A stretch of 64,000 nt of DNA, taken from NCBI GenBank assembly GCA_021613535.1, contig CP075495.1, positions 11,222,001-11,286,000 on the forward strand. Reading direction: 5' to 3'. A program made the position numbers and the translations under genes. The notes beneath the pieces were generated by a model, which saw only the letters and a list, made by a program, of their open reading frames with translations, did not search any database and was not told the DNA's origin. The first letter of the stretch is position 1; the number at the start of each line of letters is the position of its first letter. Source of the stretch: Adineta vaga (lineage: Eukaryota > Animalia > Rotifera). Below, in pieces: positions 1 to 12,990 of the stretch.

Positions 1-2
1 TA

Positions 3-371
3 CTTGGTAAGCGCCTTAAACAATGTTCTACATCGCCATTAACTGGCTATTATCGAAGTGGTTCATGTGAATGGTCTGGCTCACATGATTATGGTGTACA
101 TACTGTATGTGCACAGATGACAAATCAATTTCTTGAATTTACTCGTTCACGTGGTAATGATCTTTCGACACCACACAATAGTAGTCAGTTTCCTGGTTTA
201 CGTCAAGGTGATCGTTGGTGTTTATGTGCTGCAAGATGGAAAGAAGCTTTTCTAGCTAAAGTCGCTCCACCTGTTCTTCTTCAATCAACTCATCGAATTA
301 CTTTACAACATGTCAAACTTGATGATCTTCAAACATATGCATATCGAAATAATACCCAACGCCGATTTTAA
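3..371 (+). CDS. DUF2237 family protein, 5'-truncated by the window edge; bacterial-type family
   Basis: The frame is open from position 3: LGKRLKQCSTSPLTGYYRSGSCEW..HTVCAQMTNQFLEFTRSRGNDLSTP..FPGLRQGDRWCLCAARWKEA, matching DUF2237 motifs (TGxxRxGxC, HTVCA, GNDLSTP, PGLxxGDRWCLCAARW). Confidence 0.9.
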   Translation, partial: LGKRLKQCSTSPLTGYYRSGSCEWSGSHDYGVHTVCAQMTNQFLEFTRSRGNDLSTPHNSSQFPGLRQGDRWCLCAARWKEAFLAKVAPPVLLQSTHRITLQHVKLDDLQTYAYRNNTQRRF

Positions 372-810
372 TACAAAAACATCATGAACCAGATCATTTA
401 GATTTATAAAGTATTCGAAAAAATTTACTATTCTTTTCCATGACTTTATTTATTCTTGCTAAAATACTACATTTCTGTTTCAAATATATTATTCAACATT
501 ACAATCTCAACATTGATAAACTAATCTCTGTAAGCCTAGATAGAAATATTTAATAAGAATGAGATGAAGCTGAATATTCATGATAAGTGCGTCATATGCT
601 GATAAGAAATGTTTTTTTTGCAAGTAATAATATTTGAGTCAATATGATAATAACAAAACATTGTCGTTATTGTAGCCACGATGATTGTAATATTGACTCA
701 GGTTGCTACAGATACTATCACATCGATAGAAAAGCATCTCGATATAAAACGAGGTAACTTCAGCCTTTTACTATGCAATCCACTATTATTAGTTATTTCT
801 GTTCTACAAC

Positions 811-1527
811 ATGAATACGTTCACTCTTATTTTACTTGCTACGGCAGCAGTTTTAAGTACTGGTCGACCATCTGATTTACCAAACTGGGTAGGTATATAT
901 ACTATCGATGATAGTTGCAATCAAGCTGAATGTTGTTGTGTATCAAAACAAGCGGTTATATCAAAAGTTCGTGATACTCAATTATTAATCACAGCAAGTG
1001 TTGCTGGCGCACCATGTCGAGAACAATTAAATGGTTCAACAACAATTTCTGTAACATTACCCATTCCTCAAGATAAAGGTGGCTATCAAATCACAACAAA
1101 TTTTCTCGGTACAAATAATCGATTTACTCTCAATTCTGATAGTCAATATATTGCTAATGTTAATTTACAAAGTCCAAAATGTAGTGGTGCAGCACAACGA
1201 GCAGTCAGTAATTGGATAGGAACATTTAATATCGATGACAGTTGTGATCAAAATGAATGCTGTTGTTTATCAGGTCAAACAAAAATTACGAAAATAAGTG
1301 ATACACAACTCTTAGTTGCAGCTAATATAGTTGGTAAAACATGTCCATCAGACTTAAATGGTTCAGTTGAAGTGCCACTTGCCATACCACAAGATCAAAA
1401 TGGTTTTCAAACTACAACAAATTTTCTCGGTACAAATAATCGATTTACATTAACTTATGACAATCAATATATTGCCAATGTTAATTTACAAAGTCCTAAA
1501 TGTAGTGGTATGGGACGACGCGCATAA
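811..1527 (+). CDS. Secreted cysteine-rich protein made of two tandem ~105-aa domains, unknown family
   Basis: Intronless 238-aa ORF with a signal peptide. Each of two repeats starts NWxGxxxIDDSCxQxECCC and ends TTNFLGTNNRFTLxxDxQYIANVNLQSPKCSG. Confidence 0.85.
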   Translation: MNTFTLILLATAAVLSTGRPSDLPNWVGIYTIDDSCNQAECCCVSKQAVISKVRDTQLLITASVAGAPCREQLNGSTTISVTLPIPQDKGGYQITTNFLGTNNRFTLNSDSQYIANVNLQSPKCSGAAQRAVSNWIGTFNIDDSCDQNECCCLSGQTKITKISDTQLLVAANIVGKTCPSDLNGSVEVPLAIPQDQNGFQTTTNFLGTNNRFTLTYDNQYIANVNLQSPKCSGMGRRA

Positions 1528-2136
1528 ATTTTCGAATTAATGTGAAAAATTTTACTTAAAGAACATAGTTTGCTTTAATCTAATAACTATGTACTAATTA
1601 TCAGTATATCACAAATAAATTGACATATATTATATCTTTTCAGTTCTAATTCACCAAAATATTCAACAAAACTACTGCCCTCTATAGTATTCTTTACTTC
1701 AAATCTCTAAAATTATACCTTCACTTTAAAAGATATTTCATATCTATGATAACATTAACCGTTGAGTTTAGTCAGAAGATGTACTTTGAAATCATTCTCA
1801 ATCTAATGAAATTCAATCGATCCATATCATCATCTCTGAAATGAATAAGAATTTCCTATTGATCAATGAGCCACATCTTTGACAAGTATAAGTATCGTAT
1901 CATATATTTTTTCATTTATTCATCTGATCAACCAATTGTTGTTTTTCGATTCTTGATATGACATGATAAATGACCATCCATGTTTATATTCATGAATATA
2001 AACCGGCGGACGACGAATGACCAACAACACGAGTAGTTCATATTTTTGTTTCTATAGTCAGCTATGTCTATTCATATAAATATAAACATATCATGCGTAG
2101 ATAGATTCAAATCAATAAAAATATCATATTTACAGA

Positions 2137-3517
2137 ATGACTACATTTTCAGCAGCATGTAGTACCAGTAAACAAGTTATTATTTCTCTTCGTAATCAAT
2201 CTCATGAAGTATGTGTAGCAATTACTGACAGAACATATTGGGAACAGGTACAGGTTGAGAAATCTAATATTCATTAGAAGAAATAAACTTCTATTTGTAG
2301 TTATTACAAGATTCAAATATTTCAATTACAGTTCATGGAAAATATGTTCCTAAAGAATTAAATTCAGTTTGTAACGAAGATGATCAACCAAGACTTCATC
2401 TCATCATTAAATCACAATATGAACGAGATTTAAATCATCTCGACGGTATATTCGCATTACAAGTTAATATTTATTTAAATCATATTTATTTGTAGAAATA
2501 TATTCTCAACTTCATATGGATCTAATTAAATTCGAACATCATGATCTACCAATCTACGATGTAAAATATTTGTTTTCTTATCGTTAAATCAATATTTATC
2601 ATTTGACATGTTTTAGTATGATTCTCGTGAAATGATTGTTTTTGGTTCTTTATACAATTCTTTGCCTAATGAAACTTTTGAAATTGATCGTAATCTACTT
2701 GGCCAACGTGTATGTTCAATACATGGATATGACCATCAATTATTGATTCATTCTCTCTCTCTCTATTTTTAGAACTGTAATATTAAGCGACTAATACATA
2801 CATTAGGATGTGCAATCAATATTGAGAAATTATCTTCATATCGATATCGTTTTATAATCAAGTAAGTGAATTAATTCTATATGTATTGTCAATGAAAAAC
2901 TTTTCTTTTAGACATGAACAGCATAGTGTTAGAAATCTTGCTGTTATTCAAATTCAAGCACTTGTTCGACAAGCTCAAGATCAATATGTGATTGCTTTTG
3001 CAACGAGTATCGGTCGATCTCTGACTAAATCTTTGGAACCATTAGAAACTATGGAGACTTGTAAGTAGAAAAGTAATATTAAACAAATCTTTTCAAATCA
3101 TAATCGACTTTTTAGCATCATCAAATTTATATAATTTGCCATCATTTACACCATTTCAATCATTAAACAAACGAGTATGTCAATAGAAAAAACTGTTTTT
3201 TAAATTGGTTTTGTATTGAAATCTTGTTTTTGCATTGATAGAGACGAGAAGATGATCTGGAACAACCAATGACAAGTGGTAATAACATTAAGAAAATTAT
3301 TCGTTCAAATTTCGAAACTTTTGATCTTGTAGATTCGATAATAACAGTATCAGATGAAAGTGATGATGAATCAATCACAAACGAAACACGGTATGATGTT
3401 GGAGGTTTGGATTCAAATTCTATTTTAAATATCTCTCCAATATTGGATGCTTCTGATCATACCACATCTGATGTACATCCATTCGTAGATCGTTTTTGTG
3501 TGTTAAAGTTACAATAG
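2137..3517 (+). CDS. Multi-exon divergent tandem-KH protein (KHDC4/BLOM7-like)
   Basis: Seven exons join in frame across GT-AG introns: MTTFSAAC..ISITVHGKYVPKE..DQPRLHLIIKSQYERDL..FEIDRNLLGQRNCNIKRLIHTLGCAINIE..FIIKHEQHSVRNLAVIQIQALVRQAQDQY..RFCVLKLQ*. The pattern resembles the two KH domains of KHDC4. The gene model is well supported; the family call is weaker. Confidence 0.6.
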
Positions 3518-4042
3518 TGATTGAGTTGAGCTTGGAACAACTTAAAAAGTGACAAATTCATATACATGTATATTTGATTATAACTTTAGAAAGAGTACAT
3601 TAAAATAGTAAATCGATTTTTCTGAGTAAATACGAGATATTTGGTAATGTCTATCAAGTTATCCAGAGGCGCTTGGTAGCCTCCTAGAAATTGGTATATT
3701 CATGCATTCAAAGAATATGATTATTGAACACTAAATCAATCATTACGTTAGATAAGAATTGGTATGAGAGAAAAGTTCGATTTTGTAACTAGAGTTTCAG
3801 ATTCATCAAAATGGTATAAAAATATCATATACTTTGAGAAGTAGATAGTAGAGTTTAATCTTTGTAGGTATTCTCATTTTGTCAGTAATATTTCTGTTGA
3901 AAAATTTATCTAAGAATGTTAACTAGTAATGAATTAATTCATCTATGGGAAAGAGTACTGGTATAATGATACATCTGGATACCTAATTACTGGGAAAATA
4001 ATAATGGTTCTCTTCTAACAAAATGGATTTCGTTTTGAACGA

Positions 4043-4516
4043 ATGGTTTTGGTTACAGAAAAAAAAAACTTGTTTCATTGGTTTATTATGTATAGGAATC
4101 AACGTCGTGAGGATATGGAACGTCTTCTGGATCGTATCTGTCAACGAATGCAAGATCGCACACCTAAAGACGATGTGGCAAAAGCTCGTGAAGATTCGAG
4201 TCAAATAAAATCCTATTTTCGTAATGTAAATACATCAAAATTTGGTTCGAATGATATGGAATCCGTACTCGAATTAGTTGAACATGAGATTGATTTACGT
4301 ACACGTAAAATGACTGATCATAAATGTACATTAGTTTTTAATAAACAATTAAAAATGGGTGCTGGTGTCTGTGATCGATTAAAACGAACAGCTAAAGTAC
4401 GTGCATACAAACAGTTAATAACATTGACAAGAGATACACCAAGAGAATATTTAAAAGTAAAACCAACCAAAGATGGATTTTGGAAAGTTATTATTAATTC
4501 GAGACAAAATCAATAA
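4043..4516 (+). CDS. Hypothetical basic protein with a possible dsRBD-like C-terminal fold
   Basis: 157-aa ORF; HKCTLVFNKQLKMGAGVCDRLKRTAKVRAYKQLITL resembles the beta-beta-GxG-(K)KxAKxxA helix end of dsRNA-binding motifs. The 5' end is uncertain. Confidence 0.5.
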   Translation: MVLVTEKKNLFHWFIMYRNQRREDMERLLDRICQRMQDRTPKDDVAKAREDSSQIKSYFRNVNTSKFGSNDMESVLELVEHEIDLRTRKMTDHKCTLVFNKQLKMGAGVCDRLKRTAKVRAYKQLITLTRDTPREYLKVKPTKDGFWKVIINSRQNQ

Positions 4517-4709
4517 TGAAATATTTGTCATTATTATTATTGAATTCATGTTTTCTTTTGAATTCATCAATGTAAGAATAATTAAATATACATAAGCAAA
4601 TAAATGTATTACTCTCTGTAATGTGTTATGTTTTTCTTTGGAGTCATTTGATTCAATACTTGTTTCGAATATATACATTTGACAAACTTCATTTGAATTT
4701 TATTGATCA

Positions 4710-5029
4710 ATGATGATATATCGACGTATAGGTATGATGCTCTTGGCATTACTCATGGTAGCGAAAATTGAAAGTAGATGTAAGTAGAATTTCTTAATTA
4801 AAAATTGAGAACTATTTGAAAATCTTTTTTCTTAGCTACTTATGATCGTACATGTGGATCGAATGAAGAGTTTCAAAATTGTGGTATAGAATGTGAACGA
4901 ACATGTTGGAATTTTCGTGAACCTCAAATAACATGCAATCATATGTGTGCTATTGGTTGTTTTTGTATCAATGGATATGTACGACAAAATGATGCAAATA
5001 GTGCATGTATAAAAGAAACAGAATGTTAA
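4710..5029 (+). CDS. Secreted TIL-domain (trypsin-inhibitor-like, 10 Cys) peptide, two exons
   Basis: A signal-peptide exon (MMIYRRIGMMLLALLMVAKIESR) splices to CGSNEEFQNCGIECERTCWNFREPQITCNHMCAIGCFCINGYVRQNDANSACIKETEC*, which has canonical TIL cysteine spacing. Confidence 0.9.
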
Positions 5030-5331
5030 AGATTTTCTTTTGTCTTTTCAATGAATAATACATTGTTTTTGTGTAAGATGAACACTATTAAATTTTTAAT
5101 GAAGAAAAAAGAAAGGAAGAAAGAATATCTATTATGAAATTTTGATAACAACATATTTGTTCTTTTAAATAATATATTAAATAACCGACAAACTTTCAAA
5201 TGACATTAGATCAAATAATAAGATAGATAAGATTCATACCTTATGAAAAGTTTATCATTGTAATGAAACATATCTCAATAGAAAGAAATAAATCGATCAT
5301 TATTGTGATTTTTGTTTGATTGTGTATCGTT

Positions 5332-7056
5332 ATGAGTGACGGTGTAGTCCTTCAAACTCAATTGAATCCATTTACAAATGATAATTCAATTTATTCTCCA
5401 TCTGTATCAGCAATGTCATTGCCACTAGCCACTAAAACTAAGAATCGATATCTTCAACAATATGGACCATTTGGTTTACTTGTTGTACTTCTAATAATCA
5501 TTTTAATTATTGTTGCAGTTATCGTTTCACGAATCTCAACTCATTCAGCAATATCTATTGAATCATCAACAACAACAACAAATTCTGTCAATAAATCATT
5601 AGGAAAAAATGATTCATTAGTTGAATCTATAATACTAGAACATATGCTTGTTCATCTTCGTCAGCTAACAAGTCGTGCTATTGGAACAGTTGCATTCAAT
5701 CGAACCATGGATTATCTTACAACACAATTAAATAAAGAAAATAGTTTGACTGTTCAAAAATATTATTTTTCTGTTCCACGTTTTGAACTTGCTGGTAATC
5801 CAATTCTCATGGCTATACCAAATACATCGAATTCATCATTATTTACCTATCCAAAAGATTTTGTTTCTATGGATCTTTCAAAAGAAGCACGAAATTGGTC
5901 ATTAGTTAACGGTCGACCATTAACAGTAGTTCCTCGTTTAGGATGCTACATAGAAGATTGGAATACGACTAAAGAAGGTGATGTAGCTTTAGTCAGAAGA
6001 GGCTATTGTGCATTTGTTCAAAAAGTTCTTTTTGCAATGAGTAAACGTGCTAGTGCCGTACTTGTTTATAATGATGGATTAACAGTTGATCGTTTCGAAC
6101 CATTAAATGGCACTCGAGCACCAAGAAATAATACTATACCAGCATTATTTCTTTCCTATGATGCAGGCATGCGCCTTATTTTGAACAATGTAACTCATAT
6201 TTATATGAAATTAGAATACCGAGCAGTTTCACCTACTATTGTTACAAATATATGTGCCGACACAAAATTAGGTAATCCCAATCGAACTATCGTGGTTGGC
6301 AGCCATAGTGATAGTGTAGCAGCAGGTAAATTTTCATTCGAAAAAAAAAGAAATCATGAAATATTTCTTCGTTTGTTAGGTTCTGGATTAAATGATAATG
6401 GTAGTGGATTGGCAGCAACACTAGCAATAGCACTAAATTTAGCACGTTTACTTACTTATACAAATTATGGAGTGAATATGCATTCTCGCATTAAATTTTG
6501 TTGGTGGGGTGGAGAAGAAGCTGGTTTATTGGGTTCAAAAGATTTTGTTAATCGAGCAAAAGCGGATGGATCGCTTAGTTTATATTCTGTTAATCTCAAT
6601 TTTGATATGTTAGCTTCACCAAATTTTATTTTTGGTGTTTATGATGGTAAAACAGCTGATAATCAAACAACTCCACCCCGTGCCTTACCTGGTAGTAATC
6701 GAATTACACGTTTATTTACGGATTATTTTGATCGTAGTCATTTACCATGGGATCATACTGAATTTAGTGGTCGTAGTGATTATGGTCCATTTCTTGCTGA
6801 AGGTATCGCATGTGGTGGTCTTTTTTCAGGTGCTGATGATGTTAAAACTCAAGAACAACGCGATCGATATTTAAATTCATTAGGTTCAGCATTAAGTGGA
6901 ATGGCGAATGCCGATTTGGATCCGTGCTATCATAGCAAATGTGATACATTGGAAAATTTAAATACATTTGCGTATCTTCATATGGTGAAAGCGGCTGCTC
7001 ATGCTATTGATTATCTAGCAAAACTTCAAGATCTGAATCAATGGCTTTATCCATAG
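5332..7056 (+). CDS. Membrane-anchored M28 aminopeptidase with PA domain (aminopeptidase Y / actinobacterial LpqL-like)
   Basis: N-terminal TM helix; PA motif ALVRRGYCAFVQK..ASAVLVYN; zinc ligands HSD, DNGSG, EE, NFDM, CYH. Removing the 54-nt intron 6326-6379 restores HSDSVAAGSGLNDNGSG. Confidence 0.92.
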   Translation: MSDGVVLQTQLNPFTNDNSIYSPSVSAMSLPLATKTKNRYLQQYGPFGLLVVLLIIILIIVAVIVSRISTHSAISIESSTTTTNSVNKSLGKNDSLVESIILEHMLVHLRQLTSRAIGTVAFNRTMDYLTTQLNKENSLTVQKYYFSVPRFELAGNPILMAIPNTSNSSLFTYPKDFVSMDLSKEARNWSLVNGRPLTVVPRLGCYIEDWNTTKEGDVALVRRGYCAFVQKVLFAMSKRASAVLVYNDGLTVDRFEPLNGTRAPRNNTIPALFLSYDAGMRLILNNVTHIYMKLEYRAVSPTIVTNICADTKLGNPNRTIVVGSHSDSVAAGKFSFEKKRNHEIFLRLLGSGLNDNGSGLAATLAIALNLARLLTYTNYGVNMHSRIKFCWWGGEEAGLLGSKDFVNRAKADGSLSLYSVNLNFDMLASPNFIFGVYDGKTADNQTTPPRALPGSNRITRLFTDYFDRSHLPWDHTEFSGRSDYGPFLAEGIACGGLFSGADDVKTQEQRDRYLNSLGSALSGMANADLDPCYHSKCDTLENLNTFAYLHMVKAAAHAIDYLAKLQDLNQWLYP

Positions 7057-7846
7057 AAACAATTTTTTTCTTTACATTTTAATGTATTTTCTCACTATTA
7101 GTGCTTTACTAATGAAATTTTTTATTAGAAATAATAAAATAAAATTCTCTGTTAGATTTATGGAAGAATTTTTCTCAAGAATATATTACTCTCTTTGAAT
7201 TTAGATAACAGTTAATTATATCTTTCATGAATAGGAAAATCGGTTACATCAGTTAATAATAGTCTAGACTTGGTTTGTCTAATGAATCAGTAGATGACGC
7301 TCTGTAAAGTTTGTGCACACAGCAGATAATGACAATAGCTGAATGCATACTCAACGGAGAAAAAAAGTGTCAGCATTACCATCGTATTTTGAGTTTCCAT
7401 ATGTAAATATGCTTCTAATCTAATGCATAATACTGGCAAAACTTATCGAATTATGTTTGGTTTACTTTTATTGCATGGAAACCATTCATTTGAAAAAAAT
7501 ACTTAAATACTTTTGTATTTAACTTTCTCGGTGGAATATAACAAACGAAAGTGAGAAAAACGATTCTGTTTTACTTGAAGAACTTCATCAAAATAATGTA
7601 AGCACTTTCTGTAAAATGCGATATCATACATCACCTGAATGCATTTTTATATCTTATCTATATTTTTCTGCGTATGTCATCAGATATCATATTTATATAA
7701 GTATATAAATGTAAACCCAATCTTTATCATTCATTTTAATCGGAATATAGAAAAGTAAGTTTACAACAAACGATTATTTCTTAGTTTCATCATCATCATC
7801 ATCATTATTTCTTTTTTTCTTATTAATTTAGAAACAAACAAATACA

Positions 7847-8597
7847 ATGAAAGCATTTCTTGCTATTTTCGTTGCATGTTTAGCTCTTGTTCATGGTGCT
7901 ATTCCACATTCACGATGTACCATTCAATTACAAGCTGCTGGTCTTTCAGCAAACTATAATGAAAGTATTGCACATGCAATTCATTCGATGACTGTTCAAG
8001 GTTTACAACTCTTTAATCCACGAGCCAATGCACAAAATACAATTCCAACAGTTAATCATAATCTTCATGGTAAAGATGGTCAAAAAGTTCTTATGTATGC
8101 ACCAAATGATCCACTTCCATCCGATTATTTTGATTTTACAATGAATATGATTGATAAAGTACGTTTATTTTCATAAAAAACCAGAGATTTGAACTTTTGT
8201 TTTCTTCAATCTCGATTAGATTCTTGCTATGATCGGTAAATCCGATGATGGTCTTGGTGCACATTGGTCATCAACAGAACGAATTGTTCATAAATTTCAT
8301 ATGTGGGATTTATGGCTTCGTCTTCAAAAAGAAGTTCGTGAATTATCACCTAAACCAAGTGGATCAATTTGTAAATGCGTTTTGAATGTTGAAGCCAATG
8401 GTGTTCTTCAAGCTGTTCAATGGATTGCTGCACATTATGAATCAGGTACACCAATTACTTTACTCGATCGTCCTATTCCAAAATTAGTCGATTCTGAATC
8501 ATGGGCTTTCTGGAAGAATGATCTTCTTCATTATTATACACCAGAAGCTCTTCATGATGCAGCTGTCTATCTTCATTGTGCTACCAAAAATTTTTAA
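7847..8597 (+). CDS. Secreted protein of unknown function, two coding exons
   Basis: Signal peptide MKAFLAIFVACLALVHG; ORFs 7847 and 8229 are joined by an intron at about 8159-8219. Confidence 0.8.
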
Positions 8598-9451
8598 AGA
8601 AATAATAAAACTACGAATACAATACATACGCAATTAATTTTCCTTTCTTCTTTATTTTCAAATAAATCAATAAACTACATATCCCAGTGAATAAACATAC
8701 TTGGTCATTTCAATTTCATATCACATCATCATTCTTTCTCTCAATATTTCGATGAAGTATCACTAGATACAGTTCAAATGTCAGAATGAAATTTTTAAAT
8801 TGGTGTTAATGACATCCATATATCACAATTTTATGTAATGCATATATATATACATTTATATATATATATATATATATGCAATGAATACCGTTCAAAGACA
8901 TGTTTATGACTACGTAATAGGAAGCAACTATTTTTTTATTTGAAAAAAGAAATCATGTGATATCTAATTATCGACAAAAATTGATTTTCATTTCACTTGT
9001 CGATATTTAGATATAAAACAAGGACATATCATGTAGTGATATTATATTTCTCACACAACAACTTGCCTATATATATATGAGCAATGATCGGACATGGGAA
9101 CAAAATGTAAAAGAAAAAGGAAAGGAGAGAGTTAGATAGACGGAGTATATATGTCCTGACCATTTACATATAAATGTTATAGTTATTATTGTTCCGGTCG
9201 AATGCTTCTACCCTTTTACATACGTTCACTCATATTCTTCATATTCTTCATCTTTTTCTCTTTCGTTCGTTTCTCGTTCTGTTGAATCAATCAAGCAACG
9301 CAGACTATATATTCACTCTAGTTAGCTAGACATAGATACAAATATTTCAACATAGGAACAATAACAAAAACATTTGTTTGTATTGTAGATTATTGATATG
9401 GAGGCCAAACAAGAGCATTAAACAAAGGTCGTGTTCTAGTCGAGATAAAAC

Positions 9452-11058
9452 ATGAAGATGCCTGATATTCAATTTGAAATCATTGGTCTAGATGATATTG
9501 GTAAAGACTTACTTAAAACTTCAACTAAGAAAGTTGATAATCGTTCATCTTGTAAATTATCCGATGCGGATGTTGAAAATCTTAAACATTATCTTAATAG
9601 ATATAATCAACCATTGTCAAAATCTTCCACAACTAAGAAAACAATTCATGAAATATCATCACCTGATTTAACTAGAGTATCAACATGTTCAATTGCTTAT
9701 CGAACTCATGTACAAGATTATGTTGATATTACTGATGATTTTTATTCGGAAAAACTCTGCGCTGGATCAAAGAAACTGGCCGAAAAGACTCAACCATTAA
9801 TTGATATTTATCGTTATCATCATCATTATCGTCGTCATCACCAACATATCAGACAAACTCATGAGAAACCAACAACATCGATTGTCTCACGTGATAATCA
9901 AATTCTTTCGTTAGAATTTGCAACATGTGGTATGAAAAAAAATACACGATTACCTGTTCCACATGAAAATTTCTCGTTAAAAAATGGATGTTTTGGTGAT
10001 GATGCAGGTTTTACAATACGACATAAACGAAAGAATTTCTTCGGTAAATTTTTCATCAATAAAAATATTTGTAGACAAAGATTCATATTCACATTTGAAA
10101 ACTAGGAATTTCCGATGGTGCCGGTGGTAATTTAATGTATGGTTTCGATCCTCGTCTTTTTTCTGAATCATTAATGCGCAATTGTTCAACTTTAGCAAAT
10201 TCAGGAAAATATTCTACTAGTGAACCTAAACGTCTCCTATGCAATGCATTTGATCGTGTTCAAACAGAAAATTGCTTTGGTTTATATCTTTTCTTTCTTA
10301 TGAAGTATATAGTTTTTCTTTTCGATGAATATTTATTTAGGTAGTGCAACAGCATGTGTAGTTGGTGTTGATTGTGAAACAGGTCAACTTCATTCAGTCA
10401 ATATTGGCGATTCAGGTTATGTGATTGTTCGTAAAGGTCGAGTCATATATCGATCACGTTCACAGAAAATGAATGGTGATTGTCCAAGACAATTGGATGT
10501 TTATCCCTGGACAGCGTCATTAAAAAGAAAAGGCCTCAATTATACTCAAATATCGTAGGTTTTCTTTTACCTTGGACTCGTACGTTAGTGATATTATTAT
10601 CATTATATCGGAAGAAAAAACGCTTGTTAATTTGTCCTTTAAACCTTCATCATGTCACAACCAAAGATAGAAACAAGGCTTTAGCAATATTCATCTCCTT
10701 GAAATTTGACTTGATCGTAGTTATAAGTTATAATATTGATTTTTCTTCTTCTTCTTCGTATTTAGGAGTCTCGATGCAATTTGTCAAAATTTCCAATTAG
10801 AATTAGATGATATTATTATACTTTCTACTGATGGTTTATTCGATAATGTACCTGATCGTTTAATTGAAAGAATTCTTTCGAAAGTACATTGATATATTGA
10901 TCTATTTATGAATAATTAGTATTATTTCTTTTGTTTAGAATCCTTGTTTAAAACATGCAGCTAATTGTTTAGTTAATCATGCTGTTCGTTACTATATTAA
11001 ACCAGATGATATTCTTGTAATTATGGCACGTGTAATGAAAGATGAGAACAAACAATAA
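9452..11058 (+). CDS. PP2C-family phosphatase, PTC7-like, with long N-terminal extension
   Basis: Spliced motifs FGDDAGF, GISDGAGG, GSATACV, NIGDSGY, CPRQL, LSTDGLFDNV, KPDDILV. Confidence 0.88.
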
Positions 11059-12990
11059 AATGTTGACGATAACGTTCTATGTTTTAGAAATCGTTAAGAA
11101 AAAATTGGTCAAGAAAATCTTCAACATTACAATAATGTATTAATAGTGAAGATTTTCTTTTCAATTGCTGTACAAAGAAAGAAATCTAGCGTAATGCAAA
11201 CATTAAAAATACATTAATGCTATTTCCTTTTTGATTATTTATATCATTTTGAAGATTGTTTACACTTAGTATTCTTATATATATACATATATATAGAAAT
11301 AATAAATAACTTTCCATTCGTTAATTACTTTCTATTGATACTTTGTGATAAAAATCTATTTTATAAAATCATGTTTTTAGTCAATTTGGAGTACAGCTTC
11401 AAATTGATTTAAACAGACTTAGCTTCTTTCTTTTCGAAGAGTATCATGAATAAAAAAAATCTAAATTTTGAATTGATTTTGTTTCATACTCAACCAAATA
11501 TTTGTGAATACTTTCTATATGCACTGTTTTTATATGATTCACAATACTGGAACGGTTTTTGATAACAATCTGATATTTTTTCTATTGTTAAGGCTATTCG
11601 TAGACGATATGAGAAATGTGAGAATACTGGATAAGTAGCTTAATTATTTGAATTGGTATTTGCTCATGTAAAGTAAATATAAAATTTAACTTTAGATTTT
11701 ACTAACACTTAACTAAATAAGAATTTCATACACATAGAATGTTTTCATCCGATAGCATGGTAACTGTTGTAGACAACTAACCAATCCGAAGAATACATGT
11801 AGTAGCAATAAAATAATTAAACGATCAGAGTTTCGTTCGATAGTTTCATGCATTAAATAGTTCATCGTCAACTAGAAAACAATAAGTTAGTAGTGTATTG
11901 TATTACTTATTTATTACTAGCATCGATATCGAATATTTCTTGAGAATGTTTATATTGCAGATTCAAAATAAAAAGAAGGGTGCGAGCAGTTGTAAAATCA
12001 ATTTAGAAGTAAGTAAGATGCAAATAGAGAACTCTTCGGCCTTTTATTCATGCTCAGTTTCATTTCAACAACAAAAATATCTGAGATAGAAATGAAAGAA
12101 CAGAAAGAAGAATTTAGCTAAGTTTAAGATGTGAGAAAAGAAAATAACTCATTCATGGAAGTCATATATTTCTTTGCAATTTCTTATGCGCTCACCACTT
12201 TCTTATCCTGCGTCGCGTCTGCTAAACTCACTCCGTCTTCACCTTCCTCTCGATGTAAGCGAGCAATTTAGCTACGTCAACACTTACCAGGACCGAATGC
12301 ATAAAGGACTGACGAACGAATATTCTTCTCTACATATCAGATCAGATATTGCGTGTAATTGCCTTTTTTTGCGTTCAGCAGGTAGATGTTACTTCTATAA
12401 AATTTAATGATGGCAATATATGCATGTCTTTATTTCTCAATTTAAAAACCTTTTATTTCATTTCCTTGTCGACTGATGCTGCGCTACCGTTTTGCATTCT
12501 CATAATTTCACATAATAAACTAAGTGAGTAAGCAATGTCTTAAGTTTTCTTGTTGACACAGATTTCAAAAATTATTTCCATTAGTTCTATGAAAACTTTT
12601 AAAAGAACTCCAAACGACGCATTTCTTCTGTGTCAGAGAATTCATTTTTAGTAAGTAAATAAGAAAGAAAGTAGAAAAGGAATAATTTTATCTGCTTATT
12701 TTCTCTTTCTTTCAACTGTCTGATCAATAGACGTTAACGAAAAGAATCACATAAGCAAACAGACATGTAACATTCGTCTTATTTTTTTGACAGAATGAAG
12801 AAAAGTCTATTTTTCCGATTTGCATTTCCGCTGTTTATTATGCAAATTTAATGACAATTCAGTGATCAATCTTTTAGATATATTTCTGTTGGTCATTAAA
12901 GATATACGTCACAATGCTAAATGGATATTATCTTGTTTAAATCGAATTCAATAATAAAATTGATCTTCTGAAATTTGATCGAATTCGAAA

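Noticed and set aside
12174-12407. GC-elevated intergenic patch with a 77-aa ORF
   Set aside because: No motif, splice-consistent model or clear fold; possibly a TE remnant, but unsupported.
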